Shown: positions 61,334 to 64,000 of the stretch, one piece after another
Numbering within the stretch: position 1 is the stretch's first letter
Layout of the letters: every line of letters begins with the position of its first letter
Source of the DNA: an uncultured Acidobacteriota bacterium
Lineage (GTDB): Bacteria > Acidobacteriota > Thermoanaerobaculia > UBA5066 > Gp7-AA6
Direction: 5' to 3'
DNA: 64,000 nucleotides
Assembly (NCBI GenBank): GCA_963723535.1
Contig: CAVRRE010000012.1
Coordinates: 178 to 64,177, forward strand
Position numbers and translations under genes: made by a program
Notes under the pieces: model-generated
What the model was told of the DNA's origin: nothing
What the model saw: the letters and a program-made list of their open reading frames with translations, nothing else
Databases searched by the model: none

Positions 61334-62146
61334 ATGAGGATCCGGAGCATTCGACTGCCCTCGGCCGTGTCGATCGCCACCTCCGACTCGGGCGGCGGCG
61401 CCGGAATCCAGGCGGACCTGCTCACCTTCGCGGCCCACGGCGTCTACGGCGCCACGGTGCTCGCGGCCGGCACGGCCCAGAACACGCGGGCGGTCACCGG
61501 GATCGAGACCTTCTCCGTGCCCTTCCTGACGCGGCAGATCGACGCGGTCTTCTCCGACCTGCGGCCCCGCGCGGTGAAGATCGGGATGCTCTTCGATGCG
61601 CCCCGCATCCGGGCGGTCGCCCGCGGCCTCCGGCGGCACCGCGCGAGAAACGTCGTTCTCGATCCCGTGATGATCGCGAAGACGGGCGCCCGGCTCCTCC
61701 AGCGCACCGCCGCAGCGAGCCTGAAGCGGGATCTTCTGCCTCTCTGCGACCTCGTGACGCCGAATCTCCCGGAAGCGGCCGCGCTCTCGGGGCTTCCGGT
61801 CGCGACCGGAGCCGACCGGCGCGTCGCGGCGGGCGCGATCGCCGACCTCGGAGCCCGGGCCGTGCTCGTCAAGGGAGGGCACGGCCGGGGCGGAGAGGTG
61901 CGGGACCTCTTCTTCGACGGCCGCTTCTTCACCGAGTTCGTCGCGCCCCGCATCCGCACGCGGGCGACCCACGGCACGGGCTGCACCCTCTCCTCGGCGA
62001 TCGCCGCCAATCTGGCGCTCGGCCGTCCGCTCGAGGACGCGATCCTCGCCGCGATCCAGTACCTGCGCGCCGGGCTCTCCCGCGGGCTCTTCCCGGGCAA
62101 GGGCTTCGGCATTCCGGATCACCTGCCCCCGCGGCCCTGGAGCTGA
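61334..62146 (+). CDS. thiD: hydroxymethylpyrimidine/phosphomethylpyrimidine kinase
   Basis: The ORF is intact and reads [27 protein letters not shown].....AQNT...IKIGML...VLDPVM.AK.G..L...TPNLPEA..L...VKGGH...[17 protein letters not shown]. Confidence 0.9.
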   Translation: MRIRSIRLPSAVSIATSDSGGGAGIQADLLTFAAHGVYGATVLAAGTAQNTRAVTGIETFSVPFLTRQIDAVFSDLRPRAVKIGMLFDAPRIRAVARGLRRHRARNVVLDPVMIAKTGARLLQRTAAASLKRDLLPLCDLVTPNLPEAAALSGLPVATGADRRVAAGAIADLGARAVLVKGGHGRGGEVRDLFFDGRFFTEFVAPRIRTRATHGTGCTLSSAIAANLALGRPLEDAILAAIQYLRAGLSRGLFPGKGFGIPDHLPPRPWS

Positions 62147-62748
62147 GCCAGCTCCTCGGGCGACTCGTAGTCGGGCACGTGATTGGTGACGGGCGGGATG
62201 GTCCTCAGGTAGGCGTAGATCGACTGCAGGTCGTCGTCCGTCATGTGACGGAACGCGCCCCACGGCATGGGAGGCGCGATCGGCCGGGACACGCCAAAAT
62301 GCTTGCCGGTTCGGATCGCGCGAACGAACATGTCTTCCGACCAGATGCCCAGGCCGGTGTTCTGGTCGGGGGTCAGGTTCGCCGAGTAGCTGATGCCCCA
62401 GGGTCCGGCGAAGGCGGTGTTCGTGGCGCCCCCGCTCATCACCCACGGGCCCAGGGGCGTCGGCGCCGGCGGCATCACGACCTCCTCCGGGTGTCCCGAG
62501 AGCATGCGGCTCATGTCGTGCTCGGGCCCTTTCGCTCCCATTTTCATCGGGGTGTGGCAGTCGTTGCAGCCGTGCGTGGCTACGAGATACTGCCCGCGCT
62601 CGACCCTGGCCTGCCCGGCGTTCCGCTGCCGGTGCGTCGCCACCGCGAGATCGCGGCCCGCAAGAGCCACCAGGGCCCCCGCCGCGAGCAGCGCCGCCAC
62701 GCGGGCCCAGGATCCATTCCGGTTCGTCGTCATCGCGTTCCTCCTCAT
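62119..62748 (-). CDS. c-type cytochrome (single CxxCH) with signal/anchor
   Basis: The heme motif CNDCH follows RGQYLVATHG. The N-terminal hydrophobic segment is VAALLAAGALVALAG, and a later segment reads PPMPWGAFRHMTDDDLQSIYAYLRTIPPV. The start is ATG 62748 or 62733. Confidence 0.8.
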   Translation of the reverse strand: MRRNAMTTNRNGSWARVAALLAAGALVALAGRDLAVATHRQRNAGQARVERGQYLVATHGCNDCHTPMKMGAKGPEHDMSRMLSGHPEEVVMPPAPTPLGPWVMSGGATNTAFAGPWGISYSANLTPDQNTGLGIWSEDMFVRAIRTGKHFGVSRPIAPPMPWGAFRHMTDDDLQSIYAYLRTIPPVTNHVPDYESPEELAQLQGRGGR

Positions 62749-62821
62749 CCATACGGCGTCGTACGTCTGACCGTACTGTGCCGTATGGGCCGGGAACGAT
62801 ACACCATACGGGTGGGTATGG
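62749..62821. promoter_or_regulatory. cluster of alternating CCATACGG / CCGTATGG 8-mers in the divergent cytochrome c - tetR intergenic region (candidate TetR operator)
   Basis: CCATACGG is at 62749-62756, CCGTATGG at 62781-62788 and CCATACGG at 62804-62811. Degenerate copies are CCGTACTG at 62771 and GGGTATGG at 62814. The three exact copies are mutual reverse complements. Confidence 0.45.
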
Positions 62822-62834
62822 TAAGCTTTTCTTG

Positions 62835-63443
62835 ATGGAGGAGAAGAAGCGCTCCGGGCGGAGCTCGCTCTCGGGCGAGAACTGGGAGCTCGCGGCCCTC
62901 AAGGCCCTGGCAAAGAGCGGGTTAGACGCGGTGGCGATCGAGCCGCTGGCCCGGGAGCTGGGGGTGACCAAGGGAAGCGCCTACTGGCACTTCAAGGACC
63001 GCAACGACCTCCTCAAGGCCGCCCTCCACCGCTGGGGACGCGAGGCGGAAGCGGGCGGGGAGCGCCTCATCGCCGAGATCCCGGACGCCCGCGCCCGCCA
63101 TCGCGTCGTTCTCGGCCTGATCACGAAGGACCCGAAGAAGCGGCGCATCGAGGCGGCCATCCTGGCCGCGGCGCACGACCCGGTGGTCCGGCCCTATCTG
63201 AAGAAGGTCCGCGCGGCGCGCCTCGCGTACCTCGAAGGCGAGTACCGGCAGATGGGAATGGGCGCCGAGGAGGCCAGGCAGGCGGCCCGGCTCACCTACT
63301 CCGTGATCATGGGAATGCTCATCACGGAATGGCAGGCGCCGGAAACCGCCCTCTCGGCCGAGGAGTGGGACCGGTTCCTGGATTTCCTGTTCGCGCGCGT
63401 CACGGGCTCTCCTCCCCCTCACTCCCAGAACGGGAACGCGTAG
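62835..63443 (+). CDS. TetR/AcrR-family transcriptional regulator
   Basis: The ATG is at 62835. The HTH region reads ALKALAKSGLDAVAIEPLARELGVTKGSAYWHFKDRNDLL. The track ORF 62778..63443 starts further upstream. Confidence 0.85.
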   Translation: MEEKKRSGRSSLSGENWELAALKALAKSGLDAVAIEPLARELGVTKGSAYWHFKDRNDLLKAALHRWGREAEAGGERLIAEIPDARARHRVVLGLITKDPKKRRIEAAILAAAHDPVVRPYLKKVRAARLAYLEGEYRQMGMGAEEARQAARLTYSVIMGMLITEWQAPETALSAEEWDRFLDFLFARVTGSPPPHSQNGNA

Positions 63444-64000
63444 CCCAGGGCCCCGTAGGCGGTCTCCGAGATCGCCGTCTGCTCGGCGTCGCGGTTCTTG
63501 TCCATCTCCTTGAGGTGGCCGACCATCCGGTATTTCGCGCCGCGAACGAACGCCTTCGCGAGCCGGATCTCTTCGCCGGCCTTCGCCGCGCCCGAGCGCG
63601 CGATGGCCGAGGTGGCGCGCGACAACACCGCGAGCGAGGCGTACAGATCGATCGCGATGTTGGAGAGGCGATCCTGGTGGTACTCCTTCTGGATCACATC
63701 CTTGCCGTACTTCTTCAGGAGCGTCTCGACGGCGCCCCCGGTCGTCCGGGCGTAGCGGGCCACGATCTCGCCCTCGGGAGCGAGCTCGGGCGCGATCTTC
63801 GTCAGGCGCCCCGGAACGACGCCGCGGATCTTGCGCACGGCGTAGTCCGAGAGGATCCCGAGCGAGGAGAGCGGGGCCTTCAGGGCCCGGCCGACTTCTT
63901 TGAGGTCCTCTCCCACGTTCCGCATGCCCGACAGGGCCACCAGCACCCGCAGGATCTCGTTGGTTCCCTCGAAGATCATGTTGATCCGCGAGTCGCGGAG
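63419..64000 (-). CDS. acyl-CoA dehydrogenase, C-terminal part (gene continues beyond the right edge)
   Basis: The sequence reads ...SRINMIFEGTNEILRVLVALSGM... followed by a long helical C-terminal extension like those of VLCAD/ACAD9-type enzymes. The reading frame is open to position 64000. Confidence 0.8.
   Translation of the reverse strand, partial: LRDSRINMIFEGTNEILRVLVALSGMRNVGEDLKEVGRALKAPLSSLGILSDYAVRKIRGVVPGRLTKIAPELAPEGEIVARYARTTGGAVETLLKKYGKDVIQKEYHQDRLSNIAIDLYASLAVLSRATSAIARSGAAKAGEEIRLAKAFVRGAKYRMVGHLKEMDKNRDAEQTAISETAYGALGYAFPFWE

Overview
This is about 64 kb of a very GC-rich (roughly 70% by eye), gene-dense bacterial chromosome. I cannot assign a taxon from the sequence alone. 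The PD40/CehA fusion, the Cys-containing SLH-like repeats and the ECF sigma module resemble soil or sediment Acidobacteriota-type genomes, but that is a guess. I support about 60 protein genes and two intact tRNAs (Lys-UUU, Glu-UUC). I found no rRNA, CRISPR array, transposase, integrase, phage, toxin-antitoxin or recognisable defence genes. The main content is as follows. (1) A nearly complete heme pathway sits in two translationally coupled clusters: hemX-hemA-hemC-hemD-hemB-hemL on the minus strand and hemE-hemN-hemH-hemY on the plus strand, flanking an aconitase gene. (2) Peptide-scavenging functions are present: a POT transporter, an M1 aminopeptidase, a prolyl oligopeptidase and a secreted PD40/CehA hydrolase. 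(3) There are lipid and housekeeping operons (cinA-thpR-plsY-gpsA, purA, thiD, ndh, ABC-F). (4) There is an ECF sigma/anti-sigma pair. The three observations most worth a second look are these. (a) The tRNA-Glu locus carries two tandem ~150-nt tRNA-Glu-derived units in which a hairpin-rich 64-nt block replaces the anticodon loop. (b) A lower-GC 1.6-kb two-gene islet lies next to that tRNA and is bounded by a 26-nt copy of the tRNA 3' end. (c) Frame breaks are distributed very unevenly. Aconitase and hemE-hemY (19.6-27.3 kb) are shattered into many frame fragments, while neighbouring 2-3 kb genes are intact. Every disruption I could resolve is an indel, never a nonsense codon. I therefore think most are consensus errors rather than real gene decay, and all pseudogene labels below should be read with that caveat. 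Many long ORFs in the supplied track are antisense or read-through artefacts typical of high-GC DNA.
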